From Eledone cirrhosa (Eukaryota), in assembly GCA_964016885.1 (NCBI GenBank), contig CAXHJY010000545.1:1-64000 (forward strand): a stretch of 64,000 nt of DNA, read 5' to 3'. The position numbers and the translations under genes are program-made. The notes below the pieces were generated by a model that saw nothing but the letters and a program-made list of their open reading frames with translations, did no database searches and was not told the origin of the DNA. Shown in pieces: positions 35,807 to 54,457 of the stretch (positions are counted from its first letter, which is position 1; every line of letters begins with the position of its first letter).

Positions 35807-38800
35807 TTTTCTCTTTCTCTTAATTTCGAGTATATTTTTTTGACCGGCCACCTTCCTGGTGGCAAGGTTGTAAAAGAAAAGAAATTGTCATCCCTTGAAT
35901 CGCAAGAATGTTTTGCATATTTTGAAGGTGCCAGCTATCGCAGCCATTTGTAGACTATGAATTAGGGAGCTGCGCTTTTTGTCCGCAAATCCAAGTTCGG
36001 TCATACTTTGGTCCAAGCGGGTTGGTATATAACCCGTAGCACCAATAATGATGGGTATGAAGCTAAAGGTGTATCTTGGATACTGGATTTGTAAGCTCCT
36101 CATCAATGGTCCGTAGATGTCCTCCTTCTCCTGTATTTTTCTGACAACGTTTACATCAAGTGGGCAGCTGATCTCCACAACAGAACACGTTTTCAATGTG
36201 TGGTCCCAAACTACAATATCAGGCCGGTTGTGCTTTAATTTGGTGGCAGTTTTTATTTTCAGGTTCCACCAGTATTCCTTAGTGCCATCTGTCTCAATAT
36301 ATTCTTCCTCGTTTGTTGTTAATTTTGTTTTCCGAAGTGCGTTCCAGATAGTTCTAGCTATCCCATCGTGTCTCATGGGGAGGTAGTAGCGAGATGACAT
36401 TCTTTCGCAGCTGGCAACAATGTGGCTTACATCCTCGATCTTTGTTTTACATAGCCTACATTTATTGTCAGCTGCTGGCCCTCCTCTTTTGTGCAGCAGA
36501 TATTTGGTAGGGAGTTCTTGTTCCTGTATTGCATAGAGATATCCCTCAAGGTGTGATGTCATAAACTTGTCGGAACTCCATGCCAGGCTTTTTGAGTGGT
36601 TTATCCCCTCTATGGTCTGTGTTTTACGCCTCAAGTATCCATGCACAACTTTCTCTGTAAATTGGTCAATTTTTTTTTCTTGTTTGAACATTGAATAGGA
36701 TCTTCCGATTTCTCTGGGTGAGAGATTTATATCAGGCTTTATTCCATATCTCTCCTCCAGATCAGTCGCTATTCTAATGATATTTCTTTTTTCATGCTCA
36801 TAAACCTGAGCAAGATGGTCGCCAACCTTTTTCCTCTGTTGAAGGTGTTGCTTCAGTGTTACTATCCGGGTCTCATATGTTGTTAATATTGATTTTAGAC
36901 CCCGGCCACCTTCCTTGCGTGAGAAGTATAGCCTATCCACATCACCATTGATGTTAAAGTTCCCAGTAACACTGAGAAGTTTACGAGTTCTAACATCCAT
37001 CTCACTTAGTTCTTGCAATGACCAGTTCAGTAGGCCAAATGTTGGCGTTATAATTGGCACAGCATAGGTATTGTGGGCAATGTATTTGTTGTATGCTGAC
37101 AGTTCTGATGACCATATTTTTTTTACTCTTCTGAGGTATTCAGTTCTGGTTCTCTCCTTATTTATGGGTCCATCATATCTGACATTCTCATCCTGTCCAA
37201 GATATCTGTAGTTGTCACCTGACTGCAGAGGTTGTATTGTCAGGCCGTTCATATCTAGATTTCTAGAGGAGGGCACAGCTCTTCCACGTTTTACTGCCAA
37301 ATATGCACACTTGGACTCACCAAATTTCATTTTGATGTCGGTTGAAAATTGTGTAATGAGGTCCAATTGTTTCTTGATGTCATTGATATTTGGCCCATAC
37401 AACTTCAGGTCATCAACAAAGAAAAGATGGGAGATACTTCTGGGCCCACTTCTTTGTCCACCTTGTTTCCTGAGTAGGTAAGATAGTGGATTCAGTGAGA
37501 GAACGAAGAGTAGTACTGACAAGCTACCACCCTGAAAGATGCCCTTCTGGTAATGTATCCTATCAGTCTTAACCTGCTCCTTCTCACCTCTAAGGATCAA
37601 ATTGGTGTACCAGTTCTTGGTCAGGCGTTCAACAGCAGCTACTAATGGTTGTGGGACTTTAGCTAACTGTAAAGCCTTAATAATCCACCCATGAGGTACA
37701 CTATCAAATGCTTTTTGATAGTCCAGCCACACGACAGTCATGTTTCTGCGATTCTTTGTTGTTTTTTCCTGAATCATTTTGTTAGTTAGTAGGTGATCTA
37801 TGCAACCCCACACCTCCCTCTTTCCACCAGCTTGCTCAGGTGTTATGATGTTGTTGGTAGCACAGTGATCCTGTAAGAACAGGTTAAGGCACCCAGTATA
37901 TAATTTATACATGATGTTTTGGCAGGCAATTGGGCGGTAATTTTTAGCAAGGGTGGTTTGGCTATTTTTGGGAATGAGGAGAGTAGTGGCAGTTGATAAC
38001 CATCTGGGCAGTTCTTGTGTGCCCTTAATGGTTTCTGTAAACAGCCGTATGAGATCTTGCCGATAGAAAGTGAAATTCTTCAACCAGTATCCTGTAATGA
38101 GGTCTGGGCCTGGCGATTTCCTATTCGACATTTTCTGTAGAGCTGTTTCCAGTATTGACCCATCTATGTCATATTGTTTTGTCTGGACATGTTGGCAGTA
38201 GTCCTGTTCCAGTTGTTTTAGCCAATTAGCTTGTCTGTTGAATCCGTCATCCGTTTCCCATACAGATCTCCAGTAGTTCTCAACCTGTTCTTTTGAAGGG
38301 GTGTCGTTTACAGGGATTGAGCTTTTGCCACCGAAGCTGCGATAAACTGATTTAGGATCTCTGGCAAACAATCTATTTAGCACTTGTCGTTTATGGGCTG
38401 TTGACTTATATTTTAGTCTTTCTGTTGTAGCTGTGAGTTGTTGTTTCAACTGGTGTAATTTGGAGTTCAAAGTTTTAAATTTGGTATCTCCAAATCGTCT
38501 CTCTAACTTTTTCTTTAGGTCTTCCTGGTGTCGTGTGAAGTTTCTCTCTATGTTGCATTTCATAACGACTGCGATGTGTGAGATACTTCGTCTCAGGGAC
38601 AAAATTTTGGTTTTTAAATTTCGCATCCACGCTGGTTCAGGCTTTCTGTTTGTATCTTGATTGCGTGGTTTTAGATGTGTGTTATATGATAGCAATGTGA
38701 CAGCTGAAACATATAACAAAACATTGAGCGTTTCAAATGTCGTTTCTACACCTTTAGATCGTATAGCCTTCAGATAATTGCCAGCTATTTCGTTCACCGC

Positions 38801-39175
38801 TTCCAATTCCAATTTAGTGGGTTCTTTACTGACTCTAGTGTTGTATGGTCTGTCACTCACATTAAGGCTGTGTATCTCTTGAAACATATCGTTCCATATC
38901 ACTTGTAGGGTGCCCACAAGTTTTTGGTGCTCTGTTTGTTCAGTAGAGTCATGAATTGCAGCCTCGTTGTTGATGTGGTGACAATTACTACTAGAGTCAG
39001 CTGACCTTTCTCGCTGTTCTTCAGTGGAAGTGGGATGGATTTCAGCAAAATTGTTGGTGAGCTGTTCACTGTTAGATTTAGCCGGCCATTCTCTTTGTCT
39101 GTCAGTGGAGGTGGGGTGGTTGTCTACAAGGGCTGTATTTGTAGTATCACTCGATTCCGTTAGATGTATCAATTT
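35807..39175 (-). mobile_element. R4/Dong-clade non-LTR retrotransposon, 5'-truncated
   Basis: Open RT-CCHC-RLE frame and ~80-bp 3' UTR, flanked by TATG-rich arrays. Confidence 0.92.
35888..39175 (-). CDS. RT + CCHC zinc knuckle + restriction-like endonuclease (about 1095 aa, native start missing)
   Basis: [55 protein letters not shown]...HIVASC, RHD, RPDIVV...EISCP. Confidence 0.9.
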   Translation of the reverse strand, partial: KLIHLTESSDTTNTALVDNHPTSTDRQREWPAKSNSEQLTNNFAEIHPTSTEEQRERSADSSSNCHHINNEAAIHDSTEQTEHQKLVGTLQVIWNDMFQEIHSLNVSDRPYNTRVSKEPTKLELEAVNEIAGNYLKAIRSKGVETTFETLNVLLYVSAVTLLSYNTHLKPRNQDTNRKPEPAWMRNLKTKILSLRRSISHIAVVMKCNIERNFTRHQEDLKKKLERRFGDTKFKTLNSKLHQLKQQLTATTERLKYKSTAHKRQVLNRLFARDPKSVYRSFGGKSSIPVNDTPSKEQVENYWRSVWETDDGFNRQANWLKQLEQDYCQHVQTKQYDIDGSILETALQKMSNRKSPGPDLITGYWLKNFTFYRQDLIRLFTETIKGTQELPRWLSTATTLLIPKNSQTTLAKNYRPIACQNIMYKLYTGCLNLFLQDHCATNNIITPEQAGGKREVWGCIDHLLTNKMIQEKTTKNRRNMTVVWLDYQKAFDSVPHGWIIKALQLAKVPQPLVAAVERLTKNWYTNLILRGEKEQVKTDRIHYQKGIFQGGSLSVLLFVLSLNPLSYLLRKQGGQRSGPRSISHLFFVDDLKLYGPNINDIKKQLDLITQFSTDIKMKFGESKCAYLAVKRGRAVPSSRNLDMNGLTIQPLQSGDNYRYLGQDENVRYDGPINKERTRTEYLRRVKKIWSSELSAYNKYIAHNTYAVPIITPTFGLLNWSLQELSEMDVRTRKLLSVTGNFNINGDVDRLYFSRKEGGRGLKSILTTYETRIVTLKQHLQQRKKVGDHLAQVYEHEKRNIIRIATDLEERYGIKPDINLSPREIGRSYSMFKQEKKIDQFTEKVVHGYLRRKTQTIEGINHSKSLAWSSDKFMTSHLEGYLYAIQEQELPTKYLLHKRGGPAADNKCRLCKTKIEDVSHIVASCERMSSRYYLPMRHDGIARTIWNALRKTKLTTNEEEYIETDGTKEYWWNLKIKTATKLKHNRPDIVVWDHTLKTCSVVEISCPLDVNVVRKIQEKEDIYGPLMRSLQIQYPRYTFSFIPIIIGATGYIPTRLDQSMTELGFADKKRSSLIHSLQMAAIAGTFKICKTFLRFKG

Positions 39176-39397
39176 ATATGTATGTATATATGTATGTATG
39201 TATATATGTATGTATGTATATATGTATATATATATATATGTATGTATATATGTATGTATATATATATGTATGTATATATATATGTATGTATATATATATG
39301 TATGTATATATATATATGTATGTATATATATATATGTATGTATATGTATGTATATATATATATGTATATATATATATGTATATATATATATGTATGT

Positions 39398-39431
<34 letters not shown>

Positions 39432-39433
39432 GT

Positions 39434-39499
<66 letters not shown>

Positions 39500-39727
39500 G
39501 TATATATATGTATGTATGTATATATATGTATGTATGTATATATATGTATGTATGTATATATATATATATATGTATATATATGTATGTATGTATATATATA
39601 TATATATACATGTATGTATGTATATATATACATATATACATATATGTATATATATACATATATATATGTATGTATGTATGTATATATACATGTATGTATG
39701 TATATATATATATATATGTATGTATAC

Positions 39728-42700
39728 ATATTGTTATACTTTAGGAGGGTCATGTTGCCAATAAGAAACACACGCACCAGTTGCTTTCACTTCAATTTAT
39801 TATATATTTATAAATTTATAAATTGACAAATCTACAAACTTATAAATTTCTGGTTGGTTGGTTGGTTCCACAACCAGATAGTTGTTTATATATAGTCATA
39901 GTCCTTTCGTCACACACTCTGTGACCTCTTCAGTGACTGGGGATTCCTTTCTTTGTTTCTGTGCCTTTCCTTTCTTCTGTCCTACGCCATTTTGTTTCTG
40001 TGTGTGCTCAGTTTGCGCATGCGCCACATCCGGGTGTCTGTGTGTGTTTGTGTTCATTTATCTATCTGTTTATTTATTTACATGTTGTTGGTTGGTTGTT
40101 TGTTCTATGTGTGTGTGTGTGTTTTCATTTTGTCCTTAATTGTAAGTTATGATGTTGCTGTTCCACTCATATTTTCTATTTAATTTTGGTTGTAATTCTT
40201 TTATGCTTACTGCCTCTGTAATTTGCCTAAACATTGCATCTTTTCTGTGTGTGGATTCTATTTTTATTTCTATGTTCTCTAATTTACCCTTGTGTTCTAT
40301 CTTAGCATGTTGGTAGAGTACAGATGATTCTTTATTATCTTGAAGGTCTCGCCAGTGTTCATTTATCCGTTCCCCTATGCTACGAGCTGTCTCACCTATG
40401 TACACTATATTTTTGTTTCTACATTGTCCTTCAGTACATCTTATGCTATACACCACATTTCTAGTTTTACAGTTAATATGGGGGCTTATTTTACAGGTTA
40501 TACATTTCTTATCTATACATGAGGGTCTTTGAAACGGGTATATCTTGCTAATAAGTGTTTTTACGGAGGTACCTGGTCTTTCTACTATCTTAATATTGAG
40601 TTTATGATTATTTAGGGCCCTTCTAAATTTGTAGGCTAGTTCGCCTCTAGGGGTTGTATTGATGAACATTACACTCTGGTATTTATTGCTATCATACCAT
40701 GAGTTTATTCTATTGGCCTTATTCCTAGTTCTTTCTATTCTATTCCAAAATTTGCTCCTATACAGGGGGCAGGTCCCATTTGTGTCATTATTTACCATTT
40801 TTTCCCATTTGGTTCTGGCTCCTCTATACACACTGATTCTATCTCTCTGATTGTAGCCAGTGAACTGCATACGGTGGATGAAGTGTTGTACATGTCTCTC
40901 TAGTTCTTCGGGGTTGCACATGCGGGACACATTTCTCATCACGCGTACCAAATCCGCAATCAGTATGTTGATTTTGGTATGGTCCGAAATGGCCGAGTTT
41001 CGGTGGATCAGATGTTTAGAAGTCATGGGTTTGGCGTAATGGGAATGGAGGATTTGTTTTTGGTTGTTAATGGTATCTAACCAGAGCTTTTTATCTAGTA
41101 CAGGTAATCGATGGTTGGGGTGTCTACTTGGGTAGTCTATAGTAACTCTAATGCTCTGGTGGATGGAGTTTGCTATTTGCTGGATGCTTTCCATTGTGTT
41201 TTTTTCTAGTTCCTGACTGTTCTTTAGTGGGGGTGTCTTAACTACGATGTTTATATCATCTACGTAGCGGGTGTACATTATCAGGGTTAAGCTGTCTTCT
41301 AATTGTTCATTAAGTTTTTGTTTAAGTCTACTGTCCCACCATACCATGAATAAGTTAGCTATGTCGCCTGCAATGCTAACACCAATGGCTGCTCCTTCCT
41401 CTTGGGCATATGTTTTCCTTAAGGGTTAATTTTATGCTGGCCCCTACCGCATGTGCAATCATTTTCTTCAGTTCATCGTGATTTTCGGGTGTCCGTATGG
41501 CTCTGGTCCACCCGTTCCATCTATCTGTGTGGGTTTTCTTGGCCATTGAGCTAATGGTAGGTGGTCTGCCTCTTGTTGGTCTTGTAGGGCACAGGTTGCT
41601 AAGGTCATAAGTGTCTAGGTAACTATTACTATGGGTAAGCTTAATTAGAAGTCCCAGCTCACTGGTATCAATCCCACGGAACTCAACCTTGTTCTCGCTG
41701 ATCATTTCTACGCATTTCTCCACAGCAAAATCCACGTCAATAGATGGATACAGGGACACAACATCCATACTGCCTATTATGCAGTTTGTTAGGTCCCCAG
41801 ATCGGTTACCCTCGCCGATTCTGCTGAGGAGGTCCTCCGTGCTGTCACATACATCTGGGGACATCTCAATGATGGGGCGTATGATCAGGGAGAGGAAGTA
41901 GGACAGTCTGTAGTTACTAGCAATGTTAGCTCCACAGACTGGCCGTGTTGGTGGTCCCGCGACAGGCTCACAGCCCGTTTTATGGTCTTTTCGAAGCCCA
42001 TACAACGCCGGCACGTCATTGTTCCAGGCCTGGAAGTTGTTGGCAGTCCTTTTGTTGGGCTGCATTATATTCGTCCACATCACCATATGGGCATTGAGGG
42101 CTTTTTCTCTATCCTCATGCTCCTGTGGTGTTACCTCTCTTGTGTTAGTGATGTGGGGTTGCATTGCCTGGATGTAGTTTGGCAGGCTGTCAACCGACAT
42201 TCTGCCAGACTTGTCTGTTGGAAAGCATGCTATCTCTCCATTACGTGAGCGCTGCATGAGCTTACGCAAGCCATTTGCAGATTTTTCTCCCAGTTGCTGG
42301 GCCTCTATTCTATTATGCTTCTTGCTATACTGTTCTATAATATTTCTAAGTTCGGATCTAGCTATACTAAATTGTACTTCTGTTTGTTCATCGACCTGCG
42401 ACGGCAACTGCGTGCGTTTGTTAAATGGTAAAGTCGTGGCGTGGACTCGTCGCAGGTCGAATGATTTATCGGAGGGATTATAAAACGGAGAGTTCCAGGC
42501 TGCTGCTTTATGTGTACTAGTGCTATTGTTATTGTTAGTTGTGTTGTTTCTATTTCTATTTCCACCAACAGCCTCATGGTTGTTTCTATGTCTCTCATAA
42601 TTACTCCTGTCTCTTTCCACTGGCTCAATGTTGTTATCTACCTTATTTTGTGTGTCTGTGTGTTCGTCTTGGTTATTCTCTTTGTCCTTAGTCTCCCATC

Positions 42701-43583
42701 TCCTTTTCTTTTTAATCTTATTACTTTCCCTTATTTCTCTGATTTCTGTGCTACTGTCATTACTTGTTTTCTGTGTCTGTGTGTTTGTTAAGATTGTGGT
42801 GGTGGTGAGAGGCATTGAATGCGTGTGTGTTGTTGTTGTTGATGTGTGCTGTTGTTGATGTGTGTGTTGTTGTTATTGTTGTTTGTGTCTGTGTGTCTGT
42901 TGTTGTTGGGATGTGTGTTGTATATGTGTGTGTGTATATTGTTGCTTTTGTTTTTGATGCTCCAGTGTAGTTTTGTAAATGATTTTTCTATTTCTGACAG
43001 ACAACTAATCATATTTACCTTCTTGAATGTCGCAAATTTCGGCGGCAGACATAACACAGACATTTCATCATTATCTATTTTTGCGTTCCCATATATGTTG
43101 GTGTTTTTGTTGTTGAACTCTTCTGATAATGAGGTGTCGGCCATGTTGATACCGTCAATTTTGTCGGGATATCTATTGGTATACTCTATAGTATCCTGAT
43201 TTAGTTTCCTGTTAAAGTGCTTATCACATTCTTGAGTAATGTACTGTTCTTCAGGGCTTATAAGGCTTATAAATATTAGTTTCTCTCTTGGTTTGGTGAT
43301 CCTAGCTATTTCTTGTATTAGGTTACGCTTTTGTTTTTCTTGATTACTTAATTCTCTATAGATCTTCTTTTTTCTGTTTAGAATTAATGTTCGTTTTAGC
43401 CTATCTGCTTGTTTTTTGGTGAGTTGTAATCTTCTAACGTCGGTATTGATGGTGTTGGTGTAGATTCTGGACGAGGCACACAGCTTTATGAAGTATAGTT
43501 GTCGAGATGTTATGGTTTTTCGTAGACAACAGAACATGGTGGTTTTCAGTATCTTGTTAGCAAGGCTAAGGCTTACGATATTT
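39728..43583 (-). mobile_element. Family A near-full-length frameshifted copy (hammerhead 39894-39938)
   Basis: ORF pieces 42788-43537, 41376-42815, 40136-41347; ~23-bp deletion between catatgtt repeats near 41410; shorter Asn/His linker. Confidence 0.93.
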
Positions 43584-44794
43584 GGTACGGGTGATGAGAA
43601 ATGTGTCCCGCATGTGCAACCCCGAAGAACTAGAGAGACACATACAACACTTCATCCACCGTATGCAGTTCTCTGGCTACAATCAGAGAGATAGAATCAG
43701 AGTGTATACAGGAGCCAGAACCAAATGGGAAAAAATGGTAAATAATGACATAAATGGGACCTGCCCCTTGTATAAGAGCAAATTTTGGAATAGAATAGGA
43801 ACAAGGCCAATAGGCCTGATATAGGCCTGGTATGATAGCAATAAATACCAGAGTGTAATATTCATCAATACAACCCCTAGAGGCGAACTAGTCTACAAAT
43901 TTAGAAGGGCCCTAAATAAATATAAACTCAATATTAAGATAGTAGAAAGACCAGGTACCTCCGTAAAAACACATATTAGCAAGACATACCCGTTCCAAAG
44001 ACCCCCATGTATAGATAAGAAATGTATAACCTGTAAAATAAGCCCCCATGTTAACTGTAAAACTAGAAATGTAGTGTATAGCATAAGATGTACTGAAGGA
44101 CAATGTAGAAACAAAAATATAGTGTACATAGGTGAGACAGCTCGTAGTATAGGGGAACGGATAAATGAACACTGGCGAGACCTTCAAGATAATAAAGAAT
44201 CATCTGTATTCTACCAACATGCTAAAATAGAACACAAGGGTAAATTAGAGAACATAGATATAAAAATAGAATCCACACACAGAAAAGATGCAATGTTTAC
44301 GCAAATTACAGAGGCAGTAAGCATAAAAGAATTACAACCAAAATTAAATAGAAAATATGAGTGGAACAGCAACATCACAACTTACAATTAAGGACAAAAT
44401 GAAAACACACACACACATAGAACAAACAACCAACCAATAACATGTAAATAAATAAACAAATAGATAAATGAACACACACACACACAGACACCCGGATGTG
44501 GCGCGTGCGCAAACTGATCACACAACACACACACAGAAAGAAAATGGCGTAGGACAGAAGAAAGGAGAGGCACAGAAACAAAGAAAGGAATCCCCAGTCA
44601 CTGAAGAGGTCACAGAGTGTGTGACGAAAGGACTATGACTATATATAAACAACTATCTGGTTGTGGAACCAACCAACCAGAAATTTATAAATTTGTCGAT
44701 TTGTAAATTTATAAATATATAATAAATTGAAGTGAAAGCAACAGGTGCGTGTGTTTCTTATTGGCAACATGACCCTCCCAAAGAATAAAAATAT
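43580..44794 (+). mobile_element. Inverted family A 3' segment (thumb, GIY-YIG, pLTR)
   Basis: LVRVMRNVSRM...YIGETARS...YEWNSNITTYN on +; ends ATGACCCTCCCAAAGAATAAAAATATAT. Confidence 0.93.
44596..44640 (+). ncRNA. Minimal type I hammerhead ribozyme
   Basis: AGUCA-CUGAAGA-G-GUCAC(AGAGUGU)GUGAC-GAAA-GGAC-UA-UGACU. Confidence 0.85.
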
Positions 44795-49517
<4,723 letters not shown>

Positions 49518-49518
49518 T

Positions 49519-49572
49519 GTTAGAACACGAAAAGTGTGAAACACAGAATGTTCACTTTTCGTGTTCTAACAT
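49519..49572. repeat. Perfect 19-bp-stem hairpin at the array edge, probable transposon terminus
   Basis: tgttagaacacgaaaagtg - 16 nt - cacttttcgtgttctaaca. Confidence 0.75.
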
Positions 49573-50510
49573 ATATGCGTAGCTTCTCTAAAAATTTTTC
49601 GGGGATAGCCGTGGTGGTGGTGATCGTATGTCATTGGCTAATTTTCAACCAATCAGAGTACCTCTCTCTATATCTCTTCCACTGTTACTTACGCCTGTTT
49701 CTCTCTATCTGTTCCGTCTCTATTTATATCTCTTACTCTTTCGCTTTGCACTCCTCCCCTTCAATACCTCTCTCCCCCTCTCTATATATTTGTTACTCTA
49801 TCGCTGCACGCTCCTCTCCTTCAATATATCAATTACACACGCTTTACACTCCTTTATCCCCAGCGCCCCTATATATACACCCCCCCTCTCCCCCATCTAT
49901 ATTTTAATGTACCGTTGCACCGTGAATATATGTGTCTATATATATATATATACATATATATTGTATATACACATTCATGTATGTGTATACACACTCATGT
50001 ATGTATATACACTGGTTTTATGTGTGTATTGTAAATTTGTACTGTTAAAACACGAAACTAACATTCGATTGACACTTTGATTACCTGTACAGGCAATAGT
50101 TATTAGAATGCTGTTGAAGTGTGTATATATTTTTGGGGGACATCCTGTATATACACACATTATATATAATACAATAAACAGATAAATACACACATATATA
50201 TATGAGCTTATTTAATTATAAATATTGTGAATTTTTAACTCAGTTCAATTATATATATAAATGGCTTCTACAGGACTAGAACTGTTTCATTCGAAAGAAA
50301 TCATCATAATATTGAGAGGGGGGACTAGATAAAATATTTCAAATCAAATGTGTATAAGTTATAAGTTAAAATGTATAAATAGAGACGATAGTGGAGGTAT
50401 ATCTGTTTAGTGGAACAGTAGACGATAGAATTAAATACAGACGAGAATCTCCCTTTAATGAAACAGCAAACGATAGAATTAAGGCAATTTAAATTTTAAG
50501 CATTTGCATT

Positions 50511-50553
50511 TTTGCCTTTCATCGTTACGGGGTCGATAAAATAAAGTACCAGT
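50511..50553 (+). mobile_element. Degenerate SINE central-domain fragment
   Basis: tttgcctttcatc...cggggtcgataaaataaagtaccagt, recalled as the abundant octopus SINE core; similar to 51620-51657. Confidence 0.6.
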
Positions 50554-50921
50554 AATACACTGTCACTAGACGACTTTCAAATTGAATTGTTGGTTCCATT
50601 TCTTTAGTATTTTCAATTGTAGTTATCTACTTAAAAAGCGTTACACGGTTAGAGACATAATTCGTAAGTTATATCTTCCCTATTAAACCATTGCATTATT
50701 TCGCCTACAATAGAACAAAAATGAAATGTTCTTTAAAGAAACAGGAATATAACTTTATAAAAAAAAAAGTTGCATCCGCTTCTTTTATCATTGATAATTT
50801 TTTCGTTTTAATATTAATTGTTTTTTGTAGTTGTTTATATTAAAAATCTTACTGTAATATTTACTTAAACGAAGGCAGACATCTAAACTTATAGATTAAT
50901 CTTGAGCGAAGGACTAGATAA

Positions 50922-50923
<2 letters not shown>

Positions 50924-50988
<65 letters not shown>
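50924..50988. repeat. (CT)n(AT)n compound microsatellite
   Basis: Direct reading. Confidence 0.95.
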
Positions 50989-50989
<1 letters not shown>

Positions 50990-51391
50990 CGAAGAATGAT
51001 AACATTTCAAGCAAAGAGTTTAATTAGGTAATGACTTACAAATTTGTTTCAGTATATAGACAAAGCCTGAAGCGCTAATTATAATAATTAGTTAATAATA
51101 TTACAAAATATATTAATATTATATTAAATATATACTGAAACCAATCAGTTTAGCAGAAAGTTTCCAGACAAGAAACACGCATATTTTGCTATCCTCAAAC
51201 ACGTTTACACATGGCATGAAATATAACTAATCCGAGATGGCTAGGTTTCATCTTCTAACTGGATATACGAAATCCATTATGTCTTGACAACAACATGAGG
51301 TAACATTATGTTATTCACAGACACACTTTGTACACTGTTCCATATCAGAATGTATTTCCTTCGTCACATTCACAAACAGTATCGAAAATAT

Positions 51392-51473
51392 GTTCTTCGG
51401 CAAATAAAAATGTTTTGTTCATAATATTTCAAGTTCTTCGGCAAATAAAAATGTTTTGTTCATAATATTTCAA
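51392..51473. repeat. 41-bp perfect tandem duplication
   Basis: gttcttcggcaaataaaaatgttttgttcataatatttcaa x2. Confidence 0.95.
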
Positions 51474-51529
51474 CTAGCGATTGCTCTACTCCACGCACGA
51501 CCACCATAAATTAATGACCAGCTCAACAC

Positions 51530-51700
51530 AAGTATTGGTAGAGCGTCAGACACCATGCTTTGCAGTATTGTTATGGTCCTTTGCATTCTAAGTTCAAATC
51601 CTGCCGAGGTTAACTTCGACTTTCATACTTACTAATTCGATAAAATAAAGTACCAGTAATGGACTGCCGTAATGGATTTGTGCCGAAAAATAGAAACACT
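51530..51700 (+). mobile_element. Degenerate tRNA-derived SINE
   Basis: A-box-like ttggtagagcg, B-box-like agttcaaatcc, then ctttcat...cgataaaataaagtaccagt. Confidence 0.65.
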
Positions 51701-52254
51701 ATTAATGTGCAATAAGAGCAAAATATAACGACATTGCTCAATTATTTTATCTAATGTTGTAATAACACAAGGAAATGTTGTTTGTGTATTTTTTTTTATA
51801 TTTGCTCATAGGCTTTTACAATTTCGCTCAGCCAACAACTATTAAAAAGTGAGTTGCTTAAGATAACAATTTAATCACAAATTGTTGCTATCTTTTAATA
51901 CACTCCAACAAGTCATCAAATTATGTACAATAAAAACAAATCTTATTAATTTGCTCAGGGAATATAAAGAAAATGTATATACACTGATAATTGCAATTGT
52001 ATGTAAATATTTTGTTTTTGTATTGTATATTTTATGTTTTCTATTATGTATAATATATTGATTTAATATTGATTGTTTTTTGTAGTTGTTTATATTAAAA
52101 GTCTGAAAATATTTTTATACATCTTGCACTAATATTTATAAGATAATTTATAATAACAATTACATAATCTAATTACATTACAACGATAATTTATTATTAA
52201 TATATATCCTGTTTAACTAGAGTTATTACAAGCGTTGCCTTAAAAAAATATTAA

Positions 52255-53209
52255 ACTAGACATGAAAAATGCGCAAGCTCAAAAGTGCCACAGAATGTTA
52301 TAATAAACCTTCAAAAGTGTGGGACTAGAGTTGTTGCTAAAAAATATTGTAATCATTATATATCGTACATTCTGTGGCATCCTTTATAAAAATAGCTTAA
52401 ACCAACGAAGCCTTTATTTTTACGCTATTTCACTTAGTTAATTCTTAGAGTGTAACATATAAAAATAAATACATCTATGTTTAATGTAATAACAGCTATA
52501 AATAATTACGTAATATTATTATCATATACTCATAGTAACAAAATAATTGTGTTGAAACTTAATATGATGCTTATATGAACGATCAAATCTATAATGATAA
52601 TTTCTTAAATATACTAATAGTAAACTAATTTAGTTATCTATTGTTACATTTTCATAGAACTATAATATTAACAATCGTATTGCATTATCAAATTTTTATC
52701 ACTACAAACTTTCATATTGGAATTACCTTAAGCCACTTATTATTACTTCGCTTTCGTACTTTTACAGCTGTAGATATTGCGCTGTATCTTATATCTAATA
52801 TCAATATCTCGTGGTAATTTGCATGAAGTGTAAAATAGGTTTATTAATAACTTTAATATGAAATGTATTATACAGGGCTGCGGAGTCGGCCAAAAATTGA
52901 CTGGCTCCAACTCAGGATCCGATACTCCATTATTTCCTAAATTTCAGCTCCGCAGCTCTGTTATTATATTAATTAATTTATTTTATAGTTGTAAATCATA
53001 TTTTTATGTTACACTCTAAGAATTAACTAAGTGAAATAGCGTAAAAATAAAGGCTTCGTTGGTTTAAGGTATTTTTATAAAGGATGCCACAGAATGTACG
53101 ATATATAATGATTACAATATTTTTTAGCAACAACTCTAGTCCCACACTTTTGAAGGTTTATTATAACATTCTGTGGCACTTTTGAGCTTGCGCATTTTTC
53201 ATGTCTAGT
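52255..53209. mobile_element. ~955-bp non-autonomous element with ~205-bp terminal inverted repeats (52255-52459 / 53005-53209)
   Basis: actagacatgaaaaatgcgcaagctc... mirrored by ...gagcttgcgcatttttcatgtctagt; AT-rich non-coding interior. Confidence 0.85.
52873..52960. mobile_element. 88-bp hAT-type MITE
   Basis: TIRs CAGGGCTGCGGAG / CTCCGCAGCTCTG; 8-bp flanks gtattata / ttattata (7 of 8 match). Confidence 0.7.
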
Positions 53210-53404
53210 ATATATATGTGTATATATATAAATGTATATATGTGTATATATATATATGTGTATATATATATATGTATATATATATATGTGTATATATATA
53301 TGTATAACTTTGAATAACTTTGAAATGTTTTGGCCAGTATTGGCCCAGGCCATGTCTAACTTAATAGCACCACCTGGCGAAGTCTTTCAATTCAGGATTT
53401 GGGC

Positions 53405-53817
53405 ACCCGGGAGAGATGACCCCTTAGCCTTTGTCAAGGCAGAATTCTAGGAGAAGGAAAACTCTGATATAACACCTGCAACCCTGATGGTATCCAATGA
53501 TGTTGACTTGTTCTTCTTTTTGGTAAATATCATCTTGGTTAAGAGAGTGGGACTGGCTTTGTGCAGTGCCTTTGCTCACTATAAAAGCTTCACGGCACAG
53601 GCATTGCTTTATATCTGGAGATCTCTCTGCATTTGTCGTCACATGGTACCATGGGCCCAGCACTATGTGTCAATAATTGTCACAAGTGTAGTGTTTGTAC
53701 CAGAGCTTTCAAGTCGCTGGCTGGACTAAAAAATCACACTCGTTCAGCGCATCAGTAGGGGTTCTCCTACATGGATATAAAGTAGTGGCCGTACTCGAAA
53801 ACGAGTTGGCAGCCACC

Positions 53818-53819
<2 letters not shown>
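53405..53819 (+). mobile_element. Non-autonomous retroposon X, copy 4
   Basis: Reverse complement of 29238-29652; ends GGCAGCCACCAT(AT)n. Confidence 0.8.
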
Positions 53820-53850
<31 letters not shown>

Positions 53851-53934
53851 TATGTGTATATATATATATGTGTATATATATATATATATGTATGTGTATA
53901 TATATATATGTGTATATATATATATATATGTGTG

Positions 53935-53968
<34 letters not shown>

Positions 53969-54055
53969 TATATACATATATGTATATGTATATATATATA
54001 TATATGTATATATATATGTATATGTGTATATATATATATATATATGTGTGTATAT

Positions 54056-54087
<32 letters not shown>

Positions 54088-54290
54088 GTGTATATATATA
54101 CATATATGTATATGTATATATATATATATATGTATATATATACATATATGTATATCTATATATATATGTATATATATACATATATGTATATCTATATATA
54201 TATATGTATATATATACATATATGTATATATATATATGTATATATATACATATATGTATATATATATATATGTATATATATACATATATG

Positions 54291-54321
<31 letters not shown>

Positions 54322-54412
54322 ATATACATATATGTATATATATGTATATATGTATATATATACATATATGTATATATATGTATATATGTATATATATATA
54401 TATACATATATG

Positions 54413-54457
<45 letters not shown>

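Noticed and set aside
39176-39691. N-terminal extension of the 1267-aa R4/Dong ORF
   Set aside because: Read-through into flanking microsatellite
50110-50150. Tc1/mariner-like TIR (tacaggatgtcccc on the minus strand)
   Set aside because: Single short end with no partner TIR found
49573-52254. Host gene exons in the unique AT-rich stretch
   Set aside because: No credible ORF or exon structure; only decayed repeats
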